The translations under genes were made by a program, and so were the position numbers. The notes below the pieces were generated by a model, which saw only the letters and a program-made list of their open reading frames with translations, was not told where the DNA came from and did not search any database. From an uncultured Chloroflexia bacterium (GTDB lineage Bacteria; Chloroflexota; Anaerolineae; CG2-30-64-16), in assembly GCA_963810095.1 (NCBI GenBank), contig CAWEMM010000010.1:1-64000 (forward strand): DNA of 64,000 nucleotides. Reading direction: 5' to 3'. This document shows positions 42,459-51,938 of the stretch, one piece after another. How positions within the stretch are numbered: the first letter of the stretch is position 1; every line of letters begins with the position of its first letter.

Positions 42459-43663
42459 TTAGCGGCCGGTCAACAGCTTGTTGCTGGCCTTGACCGAAAT
42501 TTCGGGCATCATCCCGTTGCGCAGCATGACCTGTTGCAGCAGGCGTTCCAGGTCGGCCTTTTCGCCCTGGGTCACCAGCGCCAGCTCGTGGGCGCGGGCC
42601 AGTACGTATGGGTAACCGGTCGGCTCGCAGTTCGCGTAAACCACCGCCTGCGCAATGTCGAGCCAGTCCTCGCGGGCGGCGACCCAGCCCGGCACTTCGA
42701 TGCGGGCGACCGCCAGGTCCTCGCTGCGGGAGGGGTGTGCGACGTTAAGGTAGGCGAAGGCCACCCGGTCGCCGCCCGAGCGGCCGGCGTAGCGGTCGTT
42801 GGCGTTCGAGTAGGGCGGGAAGAGGCCGGTTCGCTCGTTGGGAGCCAGGTCGTCGAGCAACACCCGGTCGGTGAGGCCCACGAAACCGGCCCTGCGCGCA
42901 GCGACTCGCGGGTGATGGCCTCGTACGCCAGGCCCATCAGCTCGAGGATGCGCAGGACGAACGCACTGCCGGGCCGGTCCACATAGCCGACCGGTATGGC
43001 CTGCACCTTGCGCAGGCGTTCGAGCTGCCCGATGACGAAGTCGATTTCTTCGTTGATTTTGTCCGATCGCTGCGGGTCGGGGCGGAGCCACGGGAGGAGT
43101 GGGCCGTCGACGAGCGCGACGATGGGCACCGAGAGGTCGCCGCCGAGCGCCGCGCGTTCCTGCTCGGCCAGCCGCGCCAGCGCTTCAATTTCGCGGCGGC
43201 CGCGCAGCAGGCTGACCTCGTCGTTGCCGATCACCTGTCCTTCGTCGTCGTACACGTCCTCGTCGGCGAAGAAGATTTCGGGTGCGCTGTCGGTCGAAGG
43301 CGCCAGCCGCGAACCCTTGCGAAAGACAATCGTGCCGGTGTTGACGAGATAGTACGTGGTGATCGCATGGCGGTCTGGGAAGATCTGGCTGCCGTCGGTG
43401 GCAATCAGGATCGCCTCGGGGACTTCCCGCGTCACGGAGTGCCGCTCGTCCAGGCAATTGCCCAGCGGCTTGGCGCCCCGGCGCCATTCGTCGGTCTCAC
43501 GCGCCTTGTCGATCTTGCGTAAGAGTTCGTCGGTGACTACCGGGTTGGCCGCCAACAGCGCTGATGCTTCGGCGCCGCGCTTCTGGGCGTCCGCCCGGCG
43601 CTCGGCCAGCTTCTGCCCCATTACGTCGACCTGTCCGGTCAGCCGGTTGAGTTCCAGCGTCAC
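42459..43663 (-). CDS. nurA: NurA 5'-3' nuclease (frameshift near 42895)
   Basis: ATDGSQ, LVDGPL, GYVDRP; RIEVP, GYPYVLARAHELA in the second frame; AGGAG before GTG. Confidence 0.88.
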
Positions 43664-43745
43664 TTCTGTGCTCCTGGCTCGTCGTTTCAACACAGGGACA
43701 CCGAGCCCGAAGGCTTGGCGTCCCTGCGTCAGTAGTGCGTGGCAT

Positions 43746-43794
43746 CGAACGGATTTTCGCTACGCATTATAACAAGAGTCGCCGCGCCAGGCAA
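43746..43794 (-). promoter_or_regulatory. nurA promoter with candidate LexA box
   Basis: Minus strand TTGCCT-17-TATAAT (43794-43766); CGAAC-GGAT-TTTCG (43746-43759) near the predicted start site. Confidence 0.6.
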
Positions 43795-43826
43795 GCGATC
43801 CGAGACGCTCTCAACAAATCGAGCGA

Positions 43827-43855
43827 TTGACAAATTGGGCGCGTCGACTTAGAAT
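43827..43855 (+). promoter_or_regulatory. sigma70 promoter
   Basis: TTGACA-17-TAGAAT. Confidence 0.7.
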
Positions 43856-43967
43856 TGATATATAGGTTTTTGGACGGCGTTTTTTCGCGTCGAGCACCCG
43901 GCGGATGTGTGGTTGCCCGCTCGACCGAGCAAAACAGGACCGTTTTCCTTCAGCCAAGGAGGGCCTC

Positions 43968-46250
43968 ATGGCCGAACCTCTCCGCGCGATCGTGGGGCAG
44001 TTTAGTAGCTCGGGCGGGCAGTGGCAGCCGCGTGCGGCAAACGTGCGCGCCGTCGAGCCGGCCCCTGACCATCCGCGAGCGGAACGGGGCAGCCTATACC
44101 TGCTGATCGAAGTGACAGGCGCGGGGGGCGGCCACGCGGCCCTGTACCGTCAGCTGCTGAACGCTGCGCAGACCGCCTATTACGAGGTGGGCGAAGCCGT
44201 AGAGGTCGCACTCCGCCAGGCAGTGCGCGAGGTCCAAGCGATTCTGCGCCGCGCCAACGAGGCACTGCCCGAGGCGCAATGGCGTGCCGGCATGACCATG
44301 GTCGTTCGTTACGGGTCGCAACTCGTGATCGGCCAGGCCGGGCCGTCGTTACTCTTGGTCAGCCATCCCAAGACGGTCAACGTGTATCCCGAGAAGCCGG
44401 GCGAGTCGGGCCCCGCGCTGGGTGGCACCGAGCGGCCCGAGGTCTTCATTTATGATGCGACGTTGGAGGCGGGCAGCATCGCGCTGCTTGCTCAGAGCGA
44501 CTGGGGCAAGCAGGTCCGGCTGGAAGCCCTCGCCGTTGCGGCCGCTGCGACCGGCGTAAACGCCGCAACCCAGTATCTGGGGCAGCTGGCCGGCAAAGCG
44601 GACTTGAGCGCCCTGCTGATCGGGTTCGATTACGACATTCCCTCCGTTAAGGAAGGGTCTACCGGCATTAAGCCGCTGCCGGCGGGCGGTCCGACGGGGG
44701 TCCCTCCCCAGGCAGAGGGCGAGCCCGAGCAAGCCAAGCCGCGCGGCCTGTTCGCCGGGCTGTTCGCCAAGAACCGGGTGGCCGAACGCAACGAGCCAGG
44801 GGATGATGCCCAAAGCGCGGCTAATGTGGTGGAGGAATCGGCCGAGCCTGATGCGCCCGTGGTTCCCATCGCCGCGTCGGTCAAGGCCGTTGCCGTCACC
44901 GCCCCGGCACCCGTGCCTGCAGAGCCTCCGCCCTCGGCCGAAGAATGGAAGGCAGCGACCGCCCGCGAGCAGTGGATGGCCGCCCCGCCTGCGGCTGCCG
45001 TCGCCCCTGTCGCCGTCAACGAGCCCGAGGTCGAGGAAGCGCCTTTCATCCCTGCGCCGCCCCCCAAAAAGGGACGGAGCGCGTGGGCGTTGGTCCTCGC
45101 AGTCGTGATGATTCCGCTCCTGATCGTCGGGGTCGTCGTCGCCATGCTATACGTGCGCACCCAAGCGGCAGACAAGCAGTTCGCGGACGTGCTGGCGGGC
45201 GCACAGAACATCGTCACGCAGGCGGAACAGACGACCGACGACGCCGCGGCTGCACAGCGGCTCGCCGGCGCCAAGGAGTTCCTGGACCAGGCCAAGGCGC
45301 TGCGGCCCACAGATGCGGCATACAAGGACCTCCAGGCCCGTTACGAGAACCTCGTCATGCGGGTCGAGAAGGTGACGCCGCTGTACGGCATCGTGCCGCT
45401 GTGGCCGTTCAAGCCCGAGACCGGGCACGACCTGGCGCGATCGGTCGTCAGCGGCGAGTCGGTGTTCGTGCTCGACAAGGGACCGAACGCAGTCTACCGC
45501 TTTATTCGTTCTTCCCTCGGCGACAATGTCAAGCCTGCTTCGGATAAGCCGGTGGTGCAGAAGGGCGACCCTGCGGGGGACAAGACGCTCGGCGACCTGG
45601 TCGACATGGCGTGGATTGAGGCTGCCACGGCGAACCAGCGGAGCATGTTGCACGTGCTCGATACAACGGGCGAGTTGATGGGCTACGACGAAGTGTACGG
45701 GGAGAAGCGCCTGAAGATCAACCGCGACAAGTGGGTGACGCCCCAGCTAATCACGGGCTACAACGGCAACCTGTACGTGGCCGATCCTGGCGCCGACCAG
45801 GTTTGGCGCTACACGCCGACGGCGAACGGCTACGAAGGCGAGGCGACGGCTTGGTTCCAGGCCGGCAAGGCGCCCGACATGGCGAACCTCGCAGGCATGG
45901 CGATTGACGGCCGCATCTGGCTGCTCTATTCGGACGGCCGGCTCCTCAAGTTCCTGAGCGGCGACCAGCAGCCCTTTGCGTGGAGCGACCTGCCCACGCC
46001 CCTCAACAACCCGACTTCGCTCGCAGTCTCTCAGGAGGGCGACCGGCTGTACGTGGCCGACCCGGGCAATGCACGCATCATCGAGGCCACCAAGGACGGC
46101 AAGTTCCTGCGCCAGTTCAAGGCCCGCGAGGGCGACGTGCTGCGCAATGTACGCCACATATACCTCGATGAGGCCAAGGGACTCTTCTACATCCTGACGG
46201 GCGACCAGCTGTACAAGGCCAGCGTGCCGCAGCCCGGCAAGACACAATAG
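43968..46250 (+). CDS. Membrane protein: degenerate PP2C-like domain, Pro/Ala linker, one TM, helical region, NHL-like beta-propeller
   Basis: AAGGAGG RBS; repeats LYVADPG, IWLLYSDG, VFVLDKG; N-terminal PP2C-like spacing without catalytic Asp. Confidence 0.75.
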   Translation: MAEPLRAIVGQFSSSGGQWQPRAANVRAVEPAPDHPRAERGSLYLLIEVTGAGGGHAALYRQLLNAAQTAYYEVGEAVEVALRQAVREVQAILRRANEALPEAQWRAGMTMVVRYGSQLVIGQAGPSLLLVSHPKTVNVYPEKPGESGPALGGTERPEVFIYDATLEAGSIALLAQSDWGKQVRLEALAVAAAATGVNAATQYLGQLAGKADLSALLIGFDYDIPSVKEGSTGIKPLPAGGPTGVPPQAEGEPEQAKPRGLFAGLFAKNRVAERNEPGDDAQSAANVVEESAEPDAPVVPIAASVKAVAVTAPAPVPAEPPPSAEEWKAATAREQWMAAPPAAAVAPVAVNEPEVEEAPFIPAPPPKKGRSAWALVLAVVMIPLLIVGVVVAMLYVRTQAADKQFADVLAGAQNIVTQAEQTTDDAAAAQRLAGAKEFLDQAKALRPTDAAYKDLQARYENLVMRVEKVTPLYGIVPLWPFKPETGHDLARSVVSGESVFVLDKGPNAVYRFIRSSLGDNVKPASDKPVVQKGDPAGDKTLGDLVDMAWIEAATANQRSMLHVLDTTGELMGYDEVYGEKRLKINRDKWVTPQLITGYNGNLYVADPGADQVWRYTPTANGYEGEATAWFQAGKAPDMANLAGMAIDGRIWLLYSDGRLLKFLSGDQQPFAWSDLPTPLNNPTSLAVSQEGDRLYVADPGNARIIEATKDGKFLRQFKAREGDVLRNVRHIYLDEAKGLFYILTGDQLYKASVPQPGKTQ

Positions 46251-46275
46251 TCCTGTCACCTGATCCAGACGCAGC

Positions 46276-46314
46276 AAGCCCGGTGGCTGCCCATGGGCGG
46301 CCACCGGGCTTTTT
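46276..46314 (+). terminator. Intrinsic terminator
   Basis: aagcccggtggctgccc-at-gggcggccaccgggctt followed by a T run. Confidence 0.8.
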
Positions 46315-46420
46315 GTCGTTGCGTGCCTCGTACGGGCCGGTCTCTGACCGTGCCCCGTCTGGCCCGGGCGCCAGCCAAGCCGGCGTACGAGACCGGCCAG
46401 AGCATTTTTCGGATAGATTC

Positions 46421-48223
46421 TCAGGGCTTGAAGGTGATGTAGAAGCTCGTTCCCCCCGACCGGTCGACCGCGAGCTCACCGTCGATTTGCCTGACAAGGA
46501 TGACGGCGAGTTGCAGGCCCAACGACTTCGCCTGCAGGATGTCGAGGTGGGTGGGCAACCCAACACCATTGTCGCTGACGCTCAGGTGGAGCCGCCCGTC
46601 CCCGGCCTTCGTCAGCTCGACCGCGAGGAGCCCCTCGCGCCCGTCGGGGAAGGCGTGGCTCAGCGCATTGGCGACCAGTTCATTCACGATGAGGCCACAG
46701 GGCACGGCGGTGTCGATGCTCAGCCAGGCTTCTACCACGTCCATTCGAAGCAAAACGGCAGCGGGATTGGCTTGGTAGGTGCGGAACAGGTGCCCCACCA
46801 GGCTGCGCAGGTAATCCCCCAGCTCGATGGCCGTGAGATCTGGCGAAGCGTAAAGCTTCTCGTGAATCAGAGACATTGCCCGGATGCGCGACTGGCCATC
46901 CCGCAGAATTTCCGCTGCGGAACGGCTCCCCGCGGTGTAAGCTTGCAGGCTGAACAGGCTGTACACCACTTGCAGGTTATTCTTGACCCGGTGATGCACC
47001 TCCTTGAGCAAGACCTCTTTCTCCTTCAGCGACACACGCAGCTGCGCCTCCGCAAGCTCATGCTGGCCGACCTCCGCTTCAAGCGCGGCATTCGCCCGGA
47101 CAAGCTCCTGCGTGCGTTCCTGCACGCGTGCCTCGAGCTCGTCTCGGGCGCTCAGCAGCCGCTCATTCAGCTCCTGCTGGGCCTCGCGCAAGGCATTGTT
47201 TTCCACGATGGCGAGGAATTGCCGGGCTCCTAGCAGGAGGACGATGCTGCCCAGCGTGATCACGAGTACAGGAAACTCGACGCCTGTCGGATAGAAGTGA
47301 TCCCAGGCGAGCAGCCCCAGCGCAAGGATCATCGCGCCGTAGGGCAGCGCGACGCTCCAACTCACGAGCTGGACTGATTCGTGCCTGTGGGCGTGTGCTT
47401 CATTCTGTGGACGCGTTGTCTCAGGCCGGAGCGAGAGGGTGCGTATGGCTGCCAAGGCGAAGAAGATGTAGGTGATCGTGTAGCCCAGGTCGACGAAGCC
47501 GCCGCTGATGTACGTGTCGTCGACGACCTGGTAGCTGAAGAGCGTGTCGGTCAGCAGCATGAACGCCGCACCCGCTGCCAGCAGCTTGAGCGCGGGCTGG
47601 CTTGCCGGCGAGACCCGGCGGCTGAGCAGCAGCAAGAGGGCCGAGAAGAGCGCGATGTCGCCCGCCGGATAGGCGAGGGCCACGCCCAGGCTCAGGGTGC
47701 TGAGGTCTGAACTGCTGACGAGCGGGCCGAAGGCAAAGGTCCAGAACAGCAAGGCGCCGGCAAGCAGGGTGCTTCCCATATCGAGGCCCAACTTGAAGCG
47801 CTGGCCGGGCGTTTGGGGCATTGCCGGGAGCAACACAAGCCCGGCCACAAACAGCGGGTAGAACGCGAGATATAAGGGATCTGCCGGGGAAGGGACGGGG
47901 ACCCGTCCTTGCGCCTGCTGGATCAGCCACCACGCGCCGTCGCCCAACGTGCTGGCCAGAACCGCCAGGGCCAGGAAGATCCAGCCCAGGTAGAGACGTC
48001 CCCCGGCTTGGAATGACCGGAAGCCGACCACGCCAAGGGCGACCGTTGCCGCCGCCGACTCCGCCAGGCTGAGCAGGTTCCCGGCGGAGCTAAGCAGCGC
48101 GGGATTGTCCGACAGGCTAAGGGTGAGGGCAAAATGGCCGAGCAGAACAACTGCGGCCCCCACTACGGCGGTGGGCCACAGGCGACTCGAACCTGGTGGG
48201 AGTAGGCTTCGCGATACGGTCAT
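46421..48223 (-). CDS. Membrane sensor histidine kinase (HisKA_2/HWE-type) with multi-TM input domain
   Basis: EVHHRVKNNLQ H-box, NELVANA, DNGVG, SLGL; about 10 TM segments. Confidence 0.92.
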   Translation of the reverse strand: MTVSRSLLPPGSSRLWPTAVVGAAVVLLGHFALTLSLSDNPALLSSAGNLLSLAESAAATVALGVVGFRSFQAGGRLYLGWIFLALAVLASTLGDGAWWLIQQAQGRVPVPSPADPLYLAFYPLFVAGLVLLPAMPQTPGQRFKLGLDMGSTLLAGALLFWTFAFGPLVSSSDLSTLSLGVALAYPAGDIALFSALLLLLSRRVSPASQPALKLLAAGAAFMLLTDTLFSYQVVDDTYISGGFVDLGYTITYIFFALAAIRTLSLRPETTRPQNEAHAHRHESVQLVSWSVALPYGAMILALGLLAWDHFYPTGVEFPVLVITLGSIVLLLGARQFLAIVENNALREAQQELNERLLSARDELEARVQERTQELVRANAALEAEVGQHELAEAQLRVSLKEKEVLLKEVHHRVKNNLQVVYSLFSLQAYTAGSRSAAEILRDGQSRIRAMSLIHEKLYASPDLTAIELGDYLRSLVGHLFRTYQANPAAVLLRMDVVEAWLSIDTAVPCGLIVNELVANALSHAFPDGREGLLAVELTKAGDGRLHLSVSDNGVGLPTHLDILQAKSLGLQLAVILVRQIDGELAVDRSGGTSFYITFKP

Positions 48224-48429
48224 CGAGCGATTCGGCTGTGCGGTGCTTCCGGTTCGTCGGGCGGCACGGACATCCTGTTAGTGATGCAGTGCTGACCGAG
48301 TGAAAGACGATGTTAGCAAACCGCGGCGCCTCGGCAGCGGGCTTATTTGCGACCGGGTTAGTATAGCATGATGGGCGCAAAGTTGCGGACTTGCGGACGG
48401 CGTGCACGTACTGCGGTCGCATAGCGAAA

Positions 48430-48660
48430 AAGGTCCGGCCCAGAGACTGCAGAGGCAGCAGGGAAGGCGGCGCGGGCGGAAGCAGCGCTGCGTGCGCCAG
48501 GGTTTGCTGCTGCGCCCGAAGCATCCTCTGTGGCAAACGGGCCGTGTTCACCCCCGGTTGGGTTAAGGCGGGCACGTCGGATGGAACCGGGGGCGAAGCG
48601 ACGTCGTCTCAGTTCAAGGCGAGACTACGCTGTGGGCGCGCCTAGCTTTTCTTTGGGCCT
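48430..48660. ncRNA. Candidate structured non-coding RNA or element of unknown family
   Basis: Several complementary helices in a 465-bp intergenic gap; no family recognised. Confidence 0.3.
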
Positions 48661-48688
48661 GTGCCCGCTGAGGTTATAATTAGGAACC

Positions 48689-50134
48689 ATGTCGCAAACC
48701 TCCACACCTAGCAACCGGCCCCCCTCAGGCCGGCGTTCACTTATCTCCGGCCTCCTGCTCGGCGGGTTGCTGACCATCTTCGTCGCCATGTTCGCCTACG
48801 TTGCCTACCTGTTCCTTTCGTGGGGCCAGGTCGAAGCGCAACAGGCGCCCGATTTGCCCCCGCTGGCACTGCCCAAGATCGTCCGATCCGCGGCGCAGGA
48901 GAACGCCCAGCCGGCCGCGGCGCAGATTCCATTCTTCCGGCAGGCCGGCCGGTCGGCTCAGCAAGAGGAAGTCGCTCCTGCCGTTAAGCGCACTACGATC
49001 CTGCTCCTCGGCGTGGATGCTCGTCCCGGCCAGAAGATCGCCCGGACTGACTCGATCATCCTGCTGACCTTTAACCCGGAAACGAACGCGGCAGGCATGC
49101 TCTCGATCCCGCGCGATCTCAAGGTCAGGCCGTCGGCGATGAACCGGGATATGAAGATCACATCCGTGTATCCGGCCGGTGAGGCCGTGAGCTACCCGGG
49201 CGGCGGCGCGGCCCTCCTGGAAGAGACCATTACGGAGCTGCTCGGCTACCCCATCGACCAGTATGTGATCGTCAACTTCGACGGCTTCAAGCAGATCATC
49301 GACCTGATCGGCGGCGTCGACATTACGGTGCCGTACGAAATCTACGATGACAAGTATCCTGACGACAGCTACGGATACTTGCCGCCGGTCCATTTCCTGC
49401 CGGGCAAGCAGCACATGGACGGCGACACGGCCTTAAAGTATGCGCGCACCCGCCACGCCGATAACGACTACGCCCGGGCCGGCCGCCAGCAGCAGGTCAT
49501 CATGGCGATCAAGGACAAGGTGACGCAGCCGGGCCAGATGGCGGCGCTCCTGCCGCGCTTGCCGGGGCTGGCCGTCGCCATGGCCAATTCCCTGCAGACC
49601 GATATCCCGATCGACAAGGCCCTCACGCTCGCCCGGGTCATGGACAAAATGGACCTGAACAACATCGCGCGGGTGGTGATCAACCCCAAGATGGGCACGG
49701 TCATCCAGAATGACGGCGCGCTCGGTTACACGCTGGTGCCCGACGTGCCCAAGGTGCGTGCCGCAGCCGACGCGATCTTTGCGGACCAGGCCACCGGCCC
49801 GTCGCCGGAAGAGGTGCAACGCCAGACGATCCAGGCGGAGGCGGCGCGCATCGTGCTGCTGAACGGCACCCAGGAAAAGGGTCTCGCCTCGAAAATGCAG
49901 GCGAAGCTGATCACGCAGGGTTACAACGTGACGACGGTGGGAAATGCGGACCGCGCCGATTACGACAAGAGCACGTTGGTTATCTACGGTTCGCCCAAGC
50001 AGGCGACTGTGGATGCGCTGATGACTTGGTTTGGCATCTCCGAAGATCGCGTTACAACCCAGCCTGCCGACGAGGACAAGGACATCGCCGTTATCGTAGG
50101 CGGCGACCAATCAGTGGCGGCCGCACAGAAGTAG
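48689..50134 (+). CDS. LCP (LytR-CpsA-Psr) glycopolymer transferase with LytR_C domain
   Basis: LLLGVDAR, RTDSII, SIPRDL, ALKYARTRH, DYARAGRQQ; VLLNGT..GLA; TATAAT 8 nt upstream. Confidence 0.93.
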   Translation: MSQTSTPSNRPPSGRRSLISGLLLGGLLTIFVAMFAYVAYLFLSWGQVEAQQAPDLPPLALPKIVRSAAQENAQPAAAQIPFFRQAGRSAQQEEVAPAVKRTTILLLGVDARPGQKIARTDSIILLTFNPETNAAGMLSIPRDLKVRPSAMNRDMKITSVYPAGEAVSYPGGGAALLEETITELLGYPIDQYVIVNFDGFKQIIDLIGGVDITVPYEIYDDKYPDDSYGYLPPVHFLPGKQHMDGDTALKYARTRHADNDYARAGRQQQVIMAIKDKVTQPGQMAALLPRLPGLAVAMANSLQTDIPIDKALTLARVMDKMDLNNIARVVINPKMGTVIQNDGALGYTLVPDVPKVRAAADAIFADQATGPSPEEVQRQTIQAEAARIVLLNGTQEKGLASKMQAKLITQGYNVTTVGNADRADYDKSTLVIYGSPKQATVDALMTWFGISEDRVTTQPADEDKDIAVIVGGDQSVAAAQK

Positions 50135-50156
50135 ACGCGGAGCTGCGGCCGGCAAT

Positions 50157-50174
50157 AAGTGCATTTTTGCACAT
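50157..50174. promoter_or_regulatory. Rex-like operator upstream of the hydrogenase locus
   Basis: aaGTGCA-tttt-TGCACat, 18-bp dyad with Rex geometry. Confidence 0.55.
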
Positions 50175-50248
50175 CTATGATTGTGGTCATTGCGATTCGT
50201 ACCCTCGTGTGATAACACGGGGGTACTTTAGTTAAGAAGGCCAGTAGT

Positions 50249-50605
50249 ATGCAGCTTCGTGAGGTCATGGCGACGCTGGGCGCGCGCCTGATATCTTCGC
50301 ATTGCGATCCCACCACCGAAATCCGCGCCGGGTTCGCGGCCGATCTGATGAGCGACGCCTTGCGCTACGACCTTTCGCAAGCGCTCCTGGTTTCGGGTCT
50401 CGCGAATCCCCAGGTCGTTCGGACCGCGGAAATGGCCGATGTGGCGGCGATCCTGATGGTGCGCGGCAAAATACCGCCGGCGGATACGCTCGACCTTGCG
50501 GAGGAGATCGGCATCCCTTTTTTGAGCACGGAGCTCACCATGTTTGAGTCGTGCGGCCGGCTCTTTTGTGCGGGTCTATCGCCCTGTAAGCGTCTATACT
50601 CCTGA
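50249..50605 (+). CDS. DRTGG domain protein
   Basis: FAADLMSDAL, GLANPQVVRTAEM, VRGK, MFESCGRL. Confidence 0.88.
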   Translation: MQLREVMATLGARLISSHCDPTTEIRAGFAADLMSDALRYDLSQALLVSGLANPQVVRTAEMADVAAILMVRGKIPPADTLDLAEEIGIPFLSTELTMFESCGRLFCAGLSPCKRLYS

Positions 50606-51546
50606 TGTCCCCCACCGAGGTCTTTAAGGCGCAGGAACTGGTCTACGAGCTGAGGATCGGCGACATCATGACGCGCGAGCTGATCACGGTGACGCCCGAG
50701 ACGACGATGCGCGCGGTCAAGCAATTGCTGCGAGACCAGAAGATCTCCGGGCTGCCGGTGATGCGCGAGGAGCAACTGGTTGGCATCATCAGCATCGAGA
50801 ACCTGATCCGCGCGCTCGAGGCGAACGACCTCGACGCCGAGGTCAACCGCTACATGTCGACGCTCCTATTCACGATTGGCGAGCGCGAGTCCGCGGTGCG
50901 GGCGCTTAACGTGTTCGGCCGGGCCGGGGTCGGCCGGCTGCCGGTCGTCGACGACGACGGCAAGCTGGTTGGCATTCTCACTCCCGGCGACATCACGCGG
51001 GGGGTGCTGCGGGCGCTCGAGCGAGCGTATCACGAGGAAGAGATCCGCAAGTACCGCGTGCGGCACGTGTTTGAGGACATCACTTCGGACCGCACGAGTC
51101 TGATCCTGCGCTACGACATCACTGTGCGCGACTTCAACAAGGCGGGCCGCGCGTCGAGCCACCTCAAGCAGACGCTCGTCCGCTTGGGCATCGACCCGCG
51201 CATCGTGCGCCGGGTGGCAATCGTATCGTATGAAGCCGAGATGAACATCGTGATTCACTCGGAAACCGGGGGCAACCTGGTGGCCGAGATCAACCCGGAG
51301 CTGATCGCCATCCTCGCGTACGATTCCGGACCAGGGATCGAGGATGTGAAAGCGGCCATGCAGCCGGGCTGGAGCACCGCGCCAGACTGGATTCGCGAGA
51401 TGGGCTTCGGCGCGGGCATGGGACTGGCCAACATCAAGGCCACCGCGGACGAGATGTATCTTGACTCGTGGCCGCGCAAGGGAACGAAGCTGGAAGCGGT
51501 CATCTACCTAAAACCCGGGGAGGGGAAGGGAAACCATGAATCTTAA
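50605..51546 (+). CDS. CBS-pair fused to RsbT/RsbW-like GHKL Ser/Thr kinase
   Basis: ISGLPV and GRLPV CBS repeats; YEAEMNIVIH, DSGPGI, GWSTA, GFGAGMGLANIK. Confidence 0.88.
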   Translation: MSPTEVFKAQELVYELRIGDIMTRELITVTPETTMRAVKQLLRDQKISGLPVMREEQLVGIISIENLIRALEANDLDAEVNRYMSTLLFTIGERESAVRALNVFGRAGVGRLPVVDDDGKLVGILTPGDITRGVLRALERAYHEEEIRKYRVRHVFEDITSDRTSLILRYDITVRDFNKAGRASSHLKQTLVRLGIDPRIVRRVAIVSYEAEMNIVIHSETGGNLVAEINPELIAILAYDSGPGIEDVKAAMQPGWSTAPDWIREMGFGAGMGLANIKATADEMYLDSWPRKGTKLEAVIYLKPGEGKGNHES

Positions 51547-51871
51547 GGCCATTGTCGACGCGCTCGAACTGCGGGTGGCTGCGGGCGGCGAGCGCCTGGA
51601 TGGCGAAGTAACGGGCGGCTACAGCTCAGACCTGTTGAGCTGTGCGATGGCGGGCGCCGGCAAGGGCGACGTCTGGGTGACGCTGCAGGGGCATCTGAAC
51701 GTGGTGGCCGTGGCCAGCCTGAACGAGTTGGCGGCGGTCATCATCACGGAGAACAAGCCCGTGGCTGCGGAGACGGCGAGCAAGGCCGAAGAAGAAGGCG
51801 TCGTCCTCCTGCAAACCCCGCTGTCCTCCTACCAGGTCATCGGCCGCTTGTGGGATCTCGGGGTGCGTTGA
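51536..51871 (+). CDS. Second DRTGG domain protein
   Basis: GGYSSDLLS..M, VWVTLQGHLNVVAVA. Confidence 0.88.
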   Translation: MNLKAIVDALELRVAAGGERLDGEVTGGYSSDLLSCAMAGAGKGDVWVTLQGHLNVVAVASLNELAAVIITENKPVAAETASKAEEEGVVLLQTPLSSYQVIGRLWDLGVR

Positions 51872-51872
51872 T

Positions 51873-51935
51873 TAAACACAAAGACACCAAGGCACAGCGT
51901 TTTCGAGCCCTAGCGTCCTTGTGTCTTTGTGTCTA
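51873..51935. repeat. Palindromic repeat with 8-nt periodic arms (CACnAAGr family)
   Basis: acacaaagacaccaaggcac ... gtccttgtgtctttgtgt. Confidence 0.7.
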
Positions 51936-51938
51936 AAG

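Noticed and set aside
2257-43663. About 14 frameshifts as programmed frameshifting or mass pseudogenisation
   Set aside because: They are small indels in GC runs of unrelated, motif-intact genes, with no slippery heptamers or nonsense codons noticed; sequencing or assembly error is more parsimonious, and reads would be needed to confirm
48575-48600. T-box-like GGATGGAACCG motif, plus loose glycine-, cobalamin- and SRP-like fragments nearby
   Set aside because: No antiterminator pairing partner, the required flanking consensus elements are missing, and the downstream LCP gene has its own -10
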